Of a stretch of DNA of 64,000 bases, positions 36,514-47,874 are shown piece by piece. Position 1 is the stretch's first letter; every line of letters begins with the position of its first letter. The translations under genes were made by a program, and so were the position numbers. The notes under the pieces are model-generated. The model worked only from the letters and a program-made list of their open reading frames with translations, searched no databases and was not told where the DNA came from. Source of the DNA: Squalus acanthias (lineage: Eukaryota); assembly GCA_030390025.1 (NCBI GenBank), contig CM059433.1, forward strand, positions 9,798,001 to 9,862,000. The letters run 5' to 3'.

Positions 36514-37666
36514 ATGGGTGCTGCACTGATGGGGGGGCGTCGTCCTGCGCCAGCTGAATCGGAGGAGACGGAGACGCAGAGAGAGAGTGGCAATGATGGC
36601 CAGACGGAGGAGGGCCAACAGGCGTCTGTACAGGAGAGCTTACCCTCCCAGGGTATATCGTGAACAGCTCTCCGACATTCATATGTCTGATGAGCAGTGT
36701 CTGCGAAGGCTGCGCTTCAGCAAGGAGGTGGTCACTGAGCTCTGCCACCTGCTGCAGCCAGATCTGCAGCCTCAACTGAGGTCCAGGACGTCTCTGTCGG
36801 TGGCAGTGAAGGTCACAGTGGCTCTGAACTTTTATGCTACTGGCTCATTTCAATCTGCTGCTGGGGACATCGCCAATCTCTCCCAGTTGGCGGTGCATTG
36901 CTGCATCCGGCAGGTCACAAATGCCCTCTTTAAAAGGAGACGAGAGTTCATCTCTTTCCCCATGACCCCAGACAAGCAGCAAGAACGCGCTCTGGGCTTT
37001 GCGAGGATAGCGGGCTTCCCCATGGTGCAGGGCGCCATTGAATGCACGCATGTGGCTTTGCGTGCTCCGCATGAGAATGCCGAGGATTTCCGGAACAGAA
37101 AGGGGTTCCATTCCTTGAATGTTCAGTTGGTCTGTGACCACAGACAGCTGATACTCGCTGTCAATGCCCACTATCCTGGCAGCTGCCACGATGTTTTCAT
37201 CCTGCGCCAGACTACTGTGGCAGAACTTTTCGAGGCACCGCATCAGCCAGTTGGTTGGGTTCTCGGGGACAAGGGATATCCACTGAGCACCTGGCTGATG
37301 ACACCGCTCCGTACGCCCAACACCCCTGCTGAGCTGCGGTACAACGAGAGCCATCAAGCTACCAGGAACATCGTGGAGCACACAATCGGTGTGCTCAAGC
37401 AACGGTTCCGCTGTCTCGACCATTCTGGAGGAGCCCTGCAGTACTCGCCTGAGCGAGTTTCCAACCTCGTAGTTGTGTGCTGCATGCTGCATAACATGGC
37501 AATCCTCAGGACCCAGCCAATGCCACCAGGCCTTGGAGCACCACCAGAGGAGGAGGAGGAAGAGGAGGAGGAGGATGATCAGCAGCAGCACCAAGGCGTG
37601 AGGGCGGCCCATAATGGTGAAACTGCAAGGGCCGTCCGTCAGCGGCTGATAGCAAGCCGCTTCTAG
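36514..37666 (+). pseudogene. Harbinger DDE transposase (HARBI1-like), near-intact
   Basis: 359-aa open frame 36587-37666 with LRFSK, ALNFYATGS, GAIECTH, NRKGFHSLNVQLVCD, YPGSCHD, LGDKGY, RNIVEHTIGVLKQRFRCL and CCMLHN. The likely start ATG 36514 is out of frame by one extra G in the run at 36531-36537. The first catalytic D reads E (37040-37042). Confidence 0.93.
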
Positions 37667-37977
37667 GCCCCTGCTGTGGAAATGGCTTCTGCCATTGAGA
37701 ACAGCATGAATGAACCCAACACGCAACCCCTAAGCCAGCCAAGGCACCAATGATTCCAAACACCAAACATGTATATTTTGAGTACCAAAACTTATTTATT
37801 TTACAAACTCTGTGTGTGTCATTTCTTCATGACAAACTCATACAAATAAACACAAAAAAACAGTCATTACCATAACTGGTTCTCACAACCTGGAGATCAT
37901 GTGCAAAACACTCAACAAAAGTTTGACCACGAACCTCGGCCTTTAATAAAAAAATGACCAGCATTTTGTCACACCTC

Positions 37978-39713
37978 CTACATCGAGGGTGAACTCCTTC
38001 CCGTGCCCCCTTCCCCCCTTCTTACCCTACTGCTCCTCCGCAATGGGACCTCAGTGGCTGCAGCAAGGCTGGTGGAAGGCTGCTGACTGTCAGGCCCTGA
38101 CAATGCAAATGCCCTTGAGGGACGGCCTCGACCAGTTCTGGGCCTGGAGGGCCCGGCTGCAGACTGCACCAACTCTGCATGGGCGGCAGCAGTCTGTCCT
38201 ACAGGCGGTGGCAACTGCAGTGGAGAAGTGACAGTGGTGGCAGCAGGAATGCTGTCATCTTGAGCGAGGACAGCAACTCCCTGCTCGACCGGCACACTGG
38301 CACTCCCACGGGGCAGCACCTCAGCATCCGGAGCAATCTGCTGGAGCACAGATTGCTGGCCTGCTGCGGCGCGGTGAGAGCCCCGGGGAAATGTGTCCGA
38401 ACCAGCGAGGATGGCAGCAGACAGTGCTCGCGTGGCCTCAATCTGAGTCTGCATGAGAGCAGTCTGAGATTGAATTGCAGCACTGAGCTTCAGTGTCGCA
38501 TCCGCCTGCGCTGCAGCGAAGTGCTCCACACTCCTTGCCAGTGCTTCAATGCATTCGGGCACCCTACCCACTGCAGCCATGATCTCAGTGTGCATGGCCA
38601 CCGCCTGGGTGTTCATTTCCGCGATCAGCCGCTCCTCCTCTCCGTCCAGTGCAGCAGGACTCGCTGGCCCACTCTCCCTCCGGGGAGAAGGCCCCCGTGC
38701 TTCCCTACCCCCATGGCGTTGCTGCAGCCCGCTGGGTCCTGGAGCTTCACCCTCATCAGACCCTTCCCCCCTGCTCCCCTCCAGGGAAGGCGTGTCCTCA
38801 GTGTCGGCATGGGCTTCCTCGGGAGAGGGTGGCTCTGATGCTCCGGCTTCCTCTTCCTCCTCGGCTGCAGCCTCACTCCCACTGGCAGCTTCAGGGCCCG
38901 TCTCCTCAGCTGGTGAATCACCATCTGAAAGCAGGGAGGTACAAGAGTGGCTTTAGCGTGAGGACAGGGTGGCAGTAAGGGAGGAATAAGTGCAGCGAGT
39001 TAGTAAGTTGGATTGAAAGTGTCAAAGGCTGGTGTTGTGAGGGACAAGTGGAAGGACAGAGGACAAAAAGGTGATGACCTTACCATTGCTGTCCAGAACG
39101 GGGTCGGCGTCTCCAGTGGCGACGGGACCGATCACCCGGCTTGCCACAATCCTGTGGACACGCTCCTCAAGATCGCTGAGGGGTTGCAGCTGAGGCGGCC
39201 CTCCACCCGTCCGTTGCTGCTATCTCCTATTATGCGCCAGCTTGGCCTGCAAGAAAAAGGACGGCGTCTGAGTAAATATACAGCCATGGTCTTGCCTGAT
39301 GTGCCTCCCGTAGGTGAATAGCCCTTACTGTATGCAAAGTGTGGAATGAGTGTGTGTGCTTCATGAAAGGGCCATAGGTGTTGGATGAGTGCTGCTAATT
39401 GTGGTTTTAAGATCCTCTGGCCATAGAGTGAGGCTGAGATGGAGGGATGGAGAGGTATTGCAAAAAAGCCACTCACCCTGACGACCCGAGTGAGGTCGTT
39501 GAACTTTTTCCGGCATTGGACATGGGTCCTGGGCACCATGCTCCTGGAGGAGACGTGCTGAGCCACCTCCCTCCACACCCTTCTGTAGTCGCGCGGCAAA
39601 GGCCTCCTGCCACTCTCTGGGTACAGTGTTGATCCTCGGCGCTCCACTGCGCCAACCAGAGCACCCAAGGCCCGCTCGCTGAAGCGCTGAGCTCGTTCTC
39701 TCGCCCTCTCCAT
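37978..39713 (-). pseudogene. Harbinger Myb/SANT-like DNA-binding protein, 3 exons (39713-39477, 39246-39084, 38924-37978), ~448 aa
   Basis: Exon 1 encodes MERARERAQRFSERAL...WREVAQHVS...QCRKKFNDL. GT-AG introns (GTGAGT, TTGCAG, GTAAGG, TTTCAG) keep the frame. Exon 2 has AKLAHNRR*QQRTGGGP with one premature TAG at 39222-39220. Confidence 0.88.
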
Positions 39714-40427
39714 CCTTGGCTGGAAAATGGAAGCTCAGTTCTCTCCAGGTCGAGATTCAAGGCTGCAATGAGCAGGGTGTGGCTGGGGAGCAAGATCGCC
39801 CCCCCCCTTTAAGAGCTGGCCGGCGCCAGTGTGTCTGTGTTCCCTCGCTAACTGACATCACCTGCGCTGCGCTTGCGCTCTGAGTTAGCGCCTCACTCCT
39901 CAGCCTTTGCGCCTTAAGACAGGTGTGCAGCGCCTGATTTAGCGCTCCAATCACCTCCCGGGGCGTTAAAAGTGAAGTTTCCAGTCAGTGGCGATAATTA
40001 GCGCCAGGCGCTAATCTTTGCGCCCAGCCGATAATTGCGCCCCAAATGGGGCGATACTGAATTTTTCCCCCCTTCTGCTGGAAACAGTCCTGCAATATGA
40101 TGTGGTAACTTGTGTTCCTGAAGTTGACCTGTTTATATTGCCGGGCAGATTCAGAGACCTGCAGCAAAACCACACGCGCATAAGGTTTGCGCATGGCCAC
40201 CTACTGTAAAGTCACGGCATGTCAAGCAGCCTCCGTAAAGAGAGAAGACAGGTGACGATGTTTTGGAGCATGCACCTTTTATCAGAACTGAAGGTTGGCC
40301 ATTTACCCAATCTCATTTTGTAAGGCTTTGCTATCCACAAAATAACTGCCATGTTTGTGTTCGTAATACTTCAATGGGTGTGAAGTGCTTTGAGAAGTGA
40401 TAAGGCACTATTCAAATGGAAGTCTAC

Positions 40428-41057
40428 AGCATGGATTTTAATTCCTGGATGGAAAGCTGGGGGCGGGGGGGAGCTGCCGAACTTCCCGCCCAGCAGTCTC
40501 TGGGTTGGAGGATTGGCCGATTTTAATAGCTGGGCCTCATTAACATCCCGCTGGCCAGTTGCCCGGCCAAAACGGGCATAAAGGGGCAGCTGTCCGGCCC
40601 CCAGAGGCCGCCTACCAGCGCTCAGTTAATGTCGTAGGGAAAGGTGGTGTGCGGGGGGTGGGGGATAGGAGGGGAGGAGCTCAGCAGGGTTCTGTGGATG
40701 GGAAGGGAGGAACCAGAAGTGGCAGAGGCTCAGACATCCTGATGGGGCCCTCCCCTTAGCCCCACAAAGAGTAGTTTTTTTAAAATTGCCTTCTGGGCCT
40801 CCATTGGGTGTCTGGCGGGTTCCACTGGTCAGAGCAACCACGGCGATCGCTCCAGCCAACAGGCCGTTAAAATTGCCTCGGGGCCCCATCTGAGTAGGAC
40901 CCCTGATTAGCATGTGTTAATGAGGCGTCTACCTGAGTTAGGCCGACACCTCAACCGCCTGACGTTAAAATCGCCGCGGGGCAGTATCGGAGCAGGTCAA
41001 AGAGCTGCTCAAATTTATATCCTGTCCCGCCGGGTGGAGGGACTTAAAATTCCGCCC
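40428..41057. mobile_element. GC-rich MITE-like element
   Basis: Ends GCATGGATTTTAA...TTAAAATTCCGCCC with a GC-rich interior. TSD not resolved. Confidence 0.45.
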
Positions 41058-41270
41058 CCCCCCCCCCCCATCCTTCTAAATGTAGAACAGTTGTAGCCCA
41101 TTAACCTCCAATTTGTTTTCACAAGCTTTGGTAACCTGCACAATCTCACACTTGCTTCTATACAATTCATATGTATTTATAAAGCCGCCTTTTCAATTGA
41201 CAGGAGATTGCTTCAGCCAACCTGAGGTAATGGAGTCACCACAGTTATGTTCATTTCCTTGAAACACTCA

Positions 41271-41497
41271 AAAATGAGAAGTCGCACAACACCAGGTTAT
41301 AGTCCAACAGTTTTATTTGAAATTACGAGCTTTCGGAGCTCTGCTCCTTTTTCAGGTACAGGTACTGTACCTGTACCTGACGAAGGAGCAGCGCTCCGAA
41401 AGCTCGTAATTTCAAATAAAACTGTTGGACTATAACCTGGTGTTGTGCGACTTCTCATTTTTGTCCACCCCAGTCCAACACCGGCATCTCCGCATCA
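41271..41497. mobile_element. Palindromic Penelope-like insertion
   Basis: 96-bp arms 41270-41365 and 41367-41462 with 3 mismatches. 12-bp TSD TTGAAACACTCA at 41259-41270 and 41498-41509. Confidence 0.85.
41374..41408 (+). ncRNA. Minimal type I hammerhead ribozyme motif
   Basis: TAC-CTGACGA-A-GGAGC(AGC)GCTCC-GAAA-GCTC^GTA: stem I TAC/GTA, 5-bp stem II, palindromic AGCT stem III, CUC cleavage triplet. Confidence 0.75.
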
Positions 41498-42465
41498 TTG
41501 AAACACTCAGTTCAGGATTATGTGACTTGGGCAAAAATTGCCAGCTTTTTCAGTCCACTCCCAAGTCAACGTGACGGAGGCTCAAAATAAACTATGTACA
41601 GTAATATTCTAAGTAGCATTTCACAATTCTTGGGAACTTCCATCTAAATAGTCCACTTGGTTTAAAAATACTTGCTCCAGCCTCTTACCCCAACATACTA
41701 ACTTGCACATTTTAAATCACTGTAGGGAAGCAAATATCAGAAATCCTTTTCCAGTCCCAAAACTTCTGTGATACAGTTCTTTTAGGGCCTTGCCAGCCAC
41801 CTGGATGCAATCTGTGGCTGTCTGCTATAACTACCATCGAAAGCCATGTTTAAATAAGTCCACTTTGATTAGTTTTACTTCAGGGGCCAGATTTTAATCA
41901 AGGCTTAGTTGTGCCGTGCGTTATTCCAAATGTTGCGAAGAAAAAAAAAATGACCGTGGATATTGGGGGGAAAATTCGGTTGGTTTGCGCCTCCTGTTAG
42001 AGCCCGAATGGGGCGCAGAGCAACTAGCGCCCGGGCGCGGCGATGTTTGCGGCACTCGCGAAATTGACGAGAGTTTTTGCGGCGGCACAAAAGTTTACGG
42101 CCCCGATCTCCTGCGCCCGCAGATCGTGACGTCAGTCGAGCGTGCAACGCCCTGGTGGTGCCCCGGACCGGATATTGAGTGGCGCACCCTCTCCTTTCCG
42201 CCTGCTGCAAGCAACGACAGGGAGACTGGAACGTTTCTCAGTCGGTGTGGGGCTTGGGGGAGTGCTATTTAAAGGCACCCTCTTCCTGCCTTTTTCTGTG
42301 GTACACATTTTTGCACCACTCATTCTGACAGAGAGAGAGAGATTCTGAGAGAGAGAGAGAGACTTCTGCATAGAGTCAACGCTGTGTGAAGTAGTTTTGG
42401 CGACTGAGCATCACTTTGCAGGTACTTTTGGATTTGACCTTCATTACTACGATTGTCAAGAGACT

Positions 42466-43616
42466 TTGGGGGCTGCACTGACTCGTGGCGTCGTCCTGCG
42501 CCTGCAGAATCGGAGGCCACAGAGACGCGGAGAGAGAGTGGCAATCATGGCCAGACGGAGGAGGGCCAACAGCCTCTGCACAGGAGACCTTACCCTCCCA
42601 GGGTATTCCGGGAACAATTCTCCTACATTCATTTGTCTGAGGAGTAGTGTTTGCACAGGCTGCGCTTCAGCAAGGAGGTGGTCACTGAGCTCTGCCACCT
42701 GCTGCAGCCAGATCTGCAGCCTCAACTGAGGACCAGGACGTCTCTGTTGGTGGCAGTAAAGGTCACAGTGCCTCTGAATTTTTATGCCACCGGCTCCTTT
42801 CAAGCAGCTATTGAGGACATCGCCAATATCTCCCAGTTCGCGGTCCATTGCTGTATCCGGGAGGTGACAAATGCCCTCTATAAAAGGAGACGCCAGTACA
42901 TCTCTTTCCCGATGACCCGGGCCAAACAGCATGAACGCGCATTGGGCTTTGCGAGGATAGCGGGCTTCCCCATGGTGCAGGGCGCCATTGACTGCACGCA
43001 TGTGGCATTGCGGGCACCGCATGAGAATGCAGAGGTTTACCGAAACCGCAAGGGGTTCCACTCCTTAAACGTCTAGTTGGTCTGTGACCACAGACAGCTG
43101 ATACTCGCTGTCAATGCCCGCTATCCTGGCAGCAGCCACGATGCTTTCATCCTGCGCCAGACTGGTGTGCCAGAGCTTTTCCAGGCAGCGCATCAGCCAG
43201 TTGGTTGGCTCCTCGGGGACAAGGGTTATCCACTGTGCACCTGGCTGATGACACCGCTCCGTAACCCCAACACCCCTGCCAAGTAGCGGTACAATGAGAG
43301 TCATCTCTCCACCAGGAACATCATTGAGCAGACAATCGGCGTGCTCAAGCAACGGTTCCGCTGTCTGGACCACTCAGGAGGAGCTCTGCAGTATTCGCCT
43401 AAGCGAGCTTCCCTCTTCATAGTTGTGTGCTGCATTCTTCATAACCTGGCAATCCTCAGGACCCAGCCAATACCACCAGGCCTTGGAGCACCACCGGAGG
43501 AGGAGGAGGAGGAAGAGGAGGAGAATGATCTGCAGCAGCACCAAGGCGGGAGGGAGGCCCACAATGTTGAAACTGCAAGGGCTGTCCGTCAACGACTGAT
43601 AACAAGCCGCTTCTAG
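42466..43616 (+). pseudogene. Harbinger DDE transposase, disrupted
   Basis: GAIDCTH, GDKGY and IEQTIG are present. TTG at the start position, a 1-nt deletion at ~42572, and TAG stops at 42645, 43074 and 43284. Confidence 0.92.
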
Positions 43617-43924
43617 GCTCCTACTCAGGAAATGGCTTCTGGCATGGAGAACAACCTGAATGAAAGCATCCCGCAACCCCTAAGCCGGCCAAGGCAGCAA
43701 TGATTCCAAAGGCCAAACCTGTACATTTTGAATACAAAAACTTTTTTATTTTACAAACTCTGTGTGTCATTTCTTCATGACAAACTAATAGAAACAAACA
43801 CAAAAAATCATTAATTAACGTAACTGGTTCTCACAACCTGGAGATAATGTCCAAAACACTAAACAAAAGTTTGAACACGAACCTCAGCCTTTAATAAAAA
43901 AATTCCAAAATTTCGTCACACCTC

Positions 43925-45746
43925 CTACTTTTTGCCCTTTGAGGGTGATCTCCTTCCCTTGCGCACTTCCCCCCTTCTTACCCTACTGCTCCTCCGTAAT
44001 GGGGCCCCAGTGGCTGCAGCAAGGCTGGTGGAAGGCTGCTGATTGTCAGAACCTGAGACTGCAGATGCCCTTGAAGGATGGCCTTGACCAGCTCTGGGCC
44101 TGGAGGGCCCAGCTGCAGACTACACCAACTCTGCATGGGCGGCAGCAGTCTGGGCTACAGGCAGTGGGAAGTGCAATGGGGAAATGACAGTGGTGGCAGC
44201 AGGAATGCTGTCATCTTGAGAGAGGACAGCACCTCCCTGCTCGACCGACACACTGGCACTCCCACGGGGCAGCACCTCAGCATCCGGAGCAATCTGCTGG
44301 AGCATAGATTGCTGACCTGCTGCGGCGCCGTGAGAGCCCCGGGGCAATGTGTCCGAACCAGCTACAATGGCAGCAGTCAGTGCTTGCGTGGCCTCAATCT
44401 GAGACTGCATGAGACCAGTCTGAGATTGGATCACGGCAGCCAGTGACTGAATTGCAGCACTAAGCATTTGCGTGGCATCTGCCTGTGCTACAGCGTAGTG
44501 CTCCACACTCCTTGCCAGTGCATCAATGCAATCGGGCACCCTTCCCACTGCACCCATGAGCTGAGTGTGCATGTCCACCGCCTGGGTGTTCATTTCAGCG
44601 ATGAGCCGCTCCTCCTCTGCGTCCAGTGCAGCAGGACTCGCTGGCCTACTCTCCTTCCGGGGAGAAGGCCCCCCGAGCTTCCCTAGTCACATCGCGTTGC
44701 TGCAGCCCGCTGGGTCCTGGAGCTTCACCCTCATTAGGCCCTTCCCCCCTGCTCCCCTCCAGGGAAGACGTGGTCCCAGTGTGGGCATGGGCTGCCTCGG
44801 GAGAGGGTGGTGCTGATGCTCTGGCTTCATCTTCCTCCTCGCCTGCAGCTTCACTCCCACTGGCAGCTCCAGGGCCCGTCTCCTCAGCTGGTGAATCACC
44901 ATCTGAAAGCAGGGAGGTACAAGAGTGGCTTTAGCGTCAGGACAGGGGGGCAGTAAGGGAGGAATGAGTGCAGCGATTTAGTAAGTTGGATTGAAAGTGT
45001 CAAAGGCCGGTGTTGTGAAGGACAAGTGGAGTGAGAGAGGAGAGAAAGTTGATGACATTACCATTGCTGTCCCTAACGGGGTCGGCCTCTCCAGGTGCGA
45101 CGGGACCGATCACCTGGCTTGCCACAATCCTCTGGACGCGCTCCTCAAGATCGCTGAGGGGTTGCAGCTGAGGCCGCCCTCCACCCGTCCCGTTGCTGCT
45201 GTCTCCTGTTATGAGATAGCTTGGCCTGCAAGAAAAAGGACGGCGTCTGAGTAAATATACAGCCATGGTCTTGCCTGAGGTGCCTCCCATAGCTGAATAG
45301 CCCTTACTGTATGCAGCCATGGTCTTGCCTGATGTGCCTCCCATAATTGAATAGCCCTTACTGTATGCAAGGTGTGGAATGTGCGTGTGTGTTTCATGAG
45401 AGGGCCATAGGTGTTGGATGAGTGTTGGGTATTGGGGTTTTAAGACCCTCTGGCCATAGAGTGAGGTTGAGATGGAGGGATGGAGAGGTATTGAAAAGCA
45501 GCCACTCACCCTGATGACCCGAGTGAGGTCGTTGAACTTTTTTCGACATTGAGTATGGGTCCTGGGCACCATGCTCCTGGAGGAGACGTGCTGAGCCACC
45601 TCCCTCCACACTCTTCTGTACTCGCGCGGCAAAGGCCTCCTGCCACTCTCAGGGTAGAGTATAGATCTTCTGCGCTCCACCGCGCCAACCAGAGCTTCCA
45701 AGGCCCGCTCGCTGAATCGCTGAGCTCATTCTCTCACCCTCTCCAT
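43925..45746 (-). pseudogene. Harbinger Myb/SANT gene, disrupted (exons 45746-45510, 45225-45062, 44902-43925)
   Basis: Same splice sites as copy 1. TGA at codon 7, +1 nt in exon 2, TAG at 44122-44120. Confidence 0.86.
45261..45368. repeat. 54-bp tandem duplication in Myb intron 1 of copy 2
   Basis: AGCCATGGTCTTGCCTGA...GCCCTTACTGTATGC occurs twice here and once in copy 1 (~39282-39335). Confidence 0.9.
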
Positions 45747-46696
45747 AGTCCTTGGCTGGAAAATGCAGACACAGGTCTCTCCAGGCCGAGATTCAAGGCT
45801 GCAATGAGCAGGGTGTGGCTGGAGAGCAAGATCGACCCTCCCCTTTAAGAACTGGCCGGCGCCAGTGTGTCTGTGTTCCATCGCTAACTGACATCACCTG
45901 CGCTGTGCCCGCGCTCTGAGTTAGCGCCTCGCTCCTCGGCCTTTGCGCCTTAAGACAGGTGTGCAGCGCCTGATTTAGCGCTCCAATCACCTCCAGGGGC
46001 GATAAAAGCCAAGTTTGCAGTCAGAGGCGATAATTAGCACCAGGCGCTAAACTTTGCGCCTGGCCGATAATTGTGCCCCAAACGGGGCGATACCGAATTT
46101 CTCCCCCATTGTATATAATTTACATCAAAATGCCAGGTTATCACTGCACCTGCAGAACCTACAAGATCGAAAATGCACCTGTTGGACACCGAACGCTCTG
46201 CTAACAAGTTCCTCTCAAGATGAATAAAGTATGACTGTCAACAGCCTCTGTAGCCACCTGCCCAGTGCGTCAGGCATGGAATCCTTGTGATCATACGCAG
46301 TCTGGAAATGAAACTCTTAAATCTCTTGCAAAGCTTTAACCGCCTACTGCAACAGGAAGAATATTGTGCAGGTTTGGGGTATTGAGGAATGCACTCTAAT
46401 TCATTCATGAAGGCTGGAAGTAATTTGCAGTACATGAAAAGATTACTGTGCACAATTCATTTTCCATTTGGTTTGTGTTACTACTTTCCATCAGGAAATA
46501 ATACACATTGTAAACTAGTGTCTGTATTTTCACTCTTTTATGATTAACGTTTCTTGGGTGAATTGACTTTCTATTGCTGGGTGAAGTTTTTGCTGCGAGG
46601 TGAAGTTTTTGCTGCGAGGTGAAGGTTGCCAATGCAAGGGAACAGAATGCTTTTCCACTTTCAGAACAAGCAAGAATCTCACCAAGTATAGATTTA

Positions 46697-47401
46697 GGGG
46701 GGAAATTTGGCTCGTGCCCCCTTTGGGGCGACAGCTTTGCTGGGGCGCTACTTTTAGCGCCCTGAAAAAGTTAGCACCCCCGCGCCCGAAATTGAATGGT
46801 AGCGCCCCAAGCAGGAGGCGGGACGCTACTGGAAGCGCTCCCCCTCCCTCTTGGGGCGCTCCCGTTGAATATCGCGGCGCTACGTGCAGCGGTGTCACAC
46901 GCGTCAACACGTAGCGCCGCGGTACTGCAGGCCTCCCGCCCCTGATTAAAGGGGAGGGGCCTAGCGCAGCGCGCAGCGCGCACCGGGTCCCTGCTGGACC
47001 ACCGGGGAGCGGGGTGCCGGCAAAAGAGCCCGGCGCTCAAGAGGAGCGCCGAGCTGACGGATTGCGGCTGGCACCCTGCAGGAGGAGGCCAAAGGGGGCA
47101 GGTGCTGGCAGGCGGCCCAAAAAAAATGGCCGCCCGGCACCTGCCCTTTTATTATCACTGGTCGCAATAACGCCCCCCTGACCCTGTCCGACATAGCGTC
47201 CGATGGTAGGTCAGGGGGCACGAGCCAAGTTTGCAGCCAGGGCGCGAGCGGAGCGATGGCGTTATCGCCGGAGGCGCAGCACCGCGGGGCGCTACCGGTT
47301 ACCACCTCCGCTAACCTCCCGCTGAATTTCGCGGGAGGCGTTAGTGGCGCCGCGTCCTCAGGGCGCTAACGGGAGGTGCAAAGCAACCGAATTTTTCCTC
47401 C
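46697..47401. mobile_element. Harbinger-type MITE, family B copy 3 (inverted relative to copy 1)
   Basis: GGGGGGAAATTTG...CGAATTTTTCCTCC. Exact TTA TSD at 46694-46696 and 47402-47404. Confidence 0.88.
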
Positions 47402-47638
47402 TTATACTTCCAAGTAAAGATTTACACTGGCTAGAGGCCATAGTTAAAATCCTTGCATCTTAATGTGCCTCTACCTTAACCTCAGTCTCAGTCTATCCCT
47501 TTGCTCTCAGCATGTTGTCAGACAAAATAACCACTGAAGTTGCGTTCCATGAGTCAGTACCAAGAGGTCCTACCAGGGATTATGCAAACACTTCAGGTCA
47601 CACGGCCACATTTCCTTCCTTTTCTGATGGAATGTATG

Positions 47639-47865
47639 TGACGTAAGAAAACTACTAGGCACTTGGTCTAAGTATTAAACAAGGCTTTAATCAACTGTTT
47701 TACAACATGGAGGTCTAGTTGTGTCCTTCACTAGTTCCTGTTAAGAATGTCCTGCGCAAGCTGGGCCTGTGCCCGAGTATTTATACTCTCCCTGGACAGC
47801 GCCACCCGCAGGCCACTCAGTATTATTTCATAAGTCTTTCTTCCATGAATGACAGATTCATGTCA
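47639..47865 (-). mobile_element. Short solo LTR (227 bp), copy 1
   Basis: TGAC...GTCA termini. 5-bp TSD GTATG at 47634-47638 and 47866-47870. Inverted homologue of 63686-63913. Confidence 0.85.
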
Positions 47866-47874
47866 GTATGTACG

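Larger units (their letters stand above)
35107..40071 (+). mobile_element. Full-length PIF/Harbinger transposon, family A copy 1
   Basis: TIR GGGCTAAAAATTC / GAATTTTTCCCCC. Exact CTT TSD at 35104-35106 and 40072-40074. Convergent transposase and Myb genes. Confidence 0.95.
41965..46107 (+). mobile_element. Full-length PIF/Harbinger transposon, family A copy 2
   Basis: TIR GGGGGGAAAATTC / GAATTTCTCCCCC. Exact ATT TSD at 41962-41964 and 46108-46110. Colinear with copy 1 minus the nested MITE. Confidence 0.95.

Noticed and set aside
36587..37666. Host HARBI1 gene, or NAIF1/MSANTD for the minus-strand partner
   Set aside because: Both lie inside TIR/TSD-bounded multicopy elements with independent inactivating lesions, so they are transposon genes and not domesticated orthologues. 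No gene symbol assigned.
36845..38978. Long opposite-strand ORFs (293 aa at 36845-37726, 219 aa at 38179-38838, and similar ones at 42.4-44.9 kb)
   Set aside because: Antisense shadows of GC-rich transposase and Myb coding sequence, not conserved as frames between the two copies.
35107..46107. Segmental duplication or assembly artefact explaining the two Harbingers
   Set aside because: Similarity stops at the TIRs, the TSDs and flanks differ, and the copies are substantially diverged.
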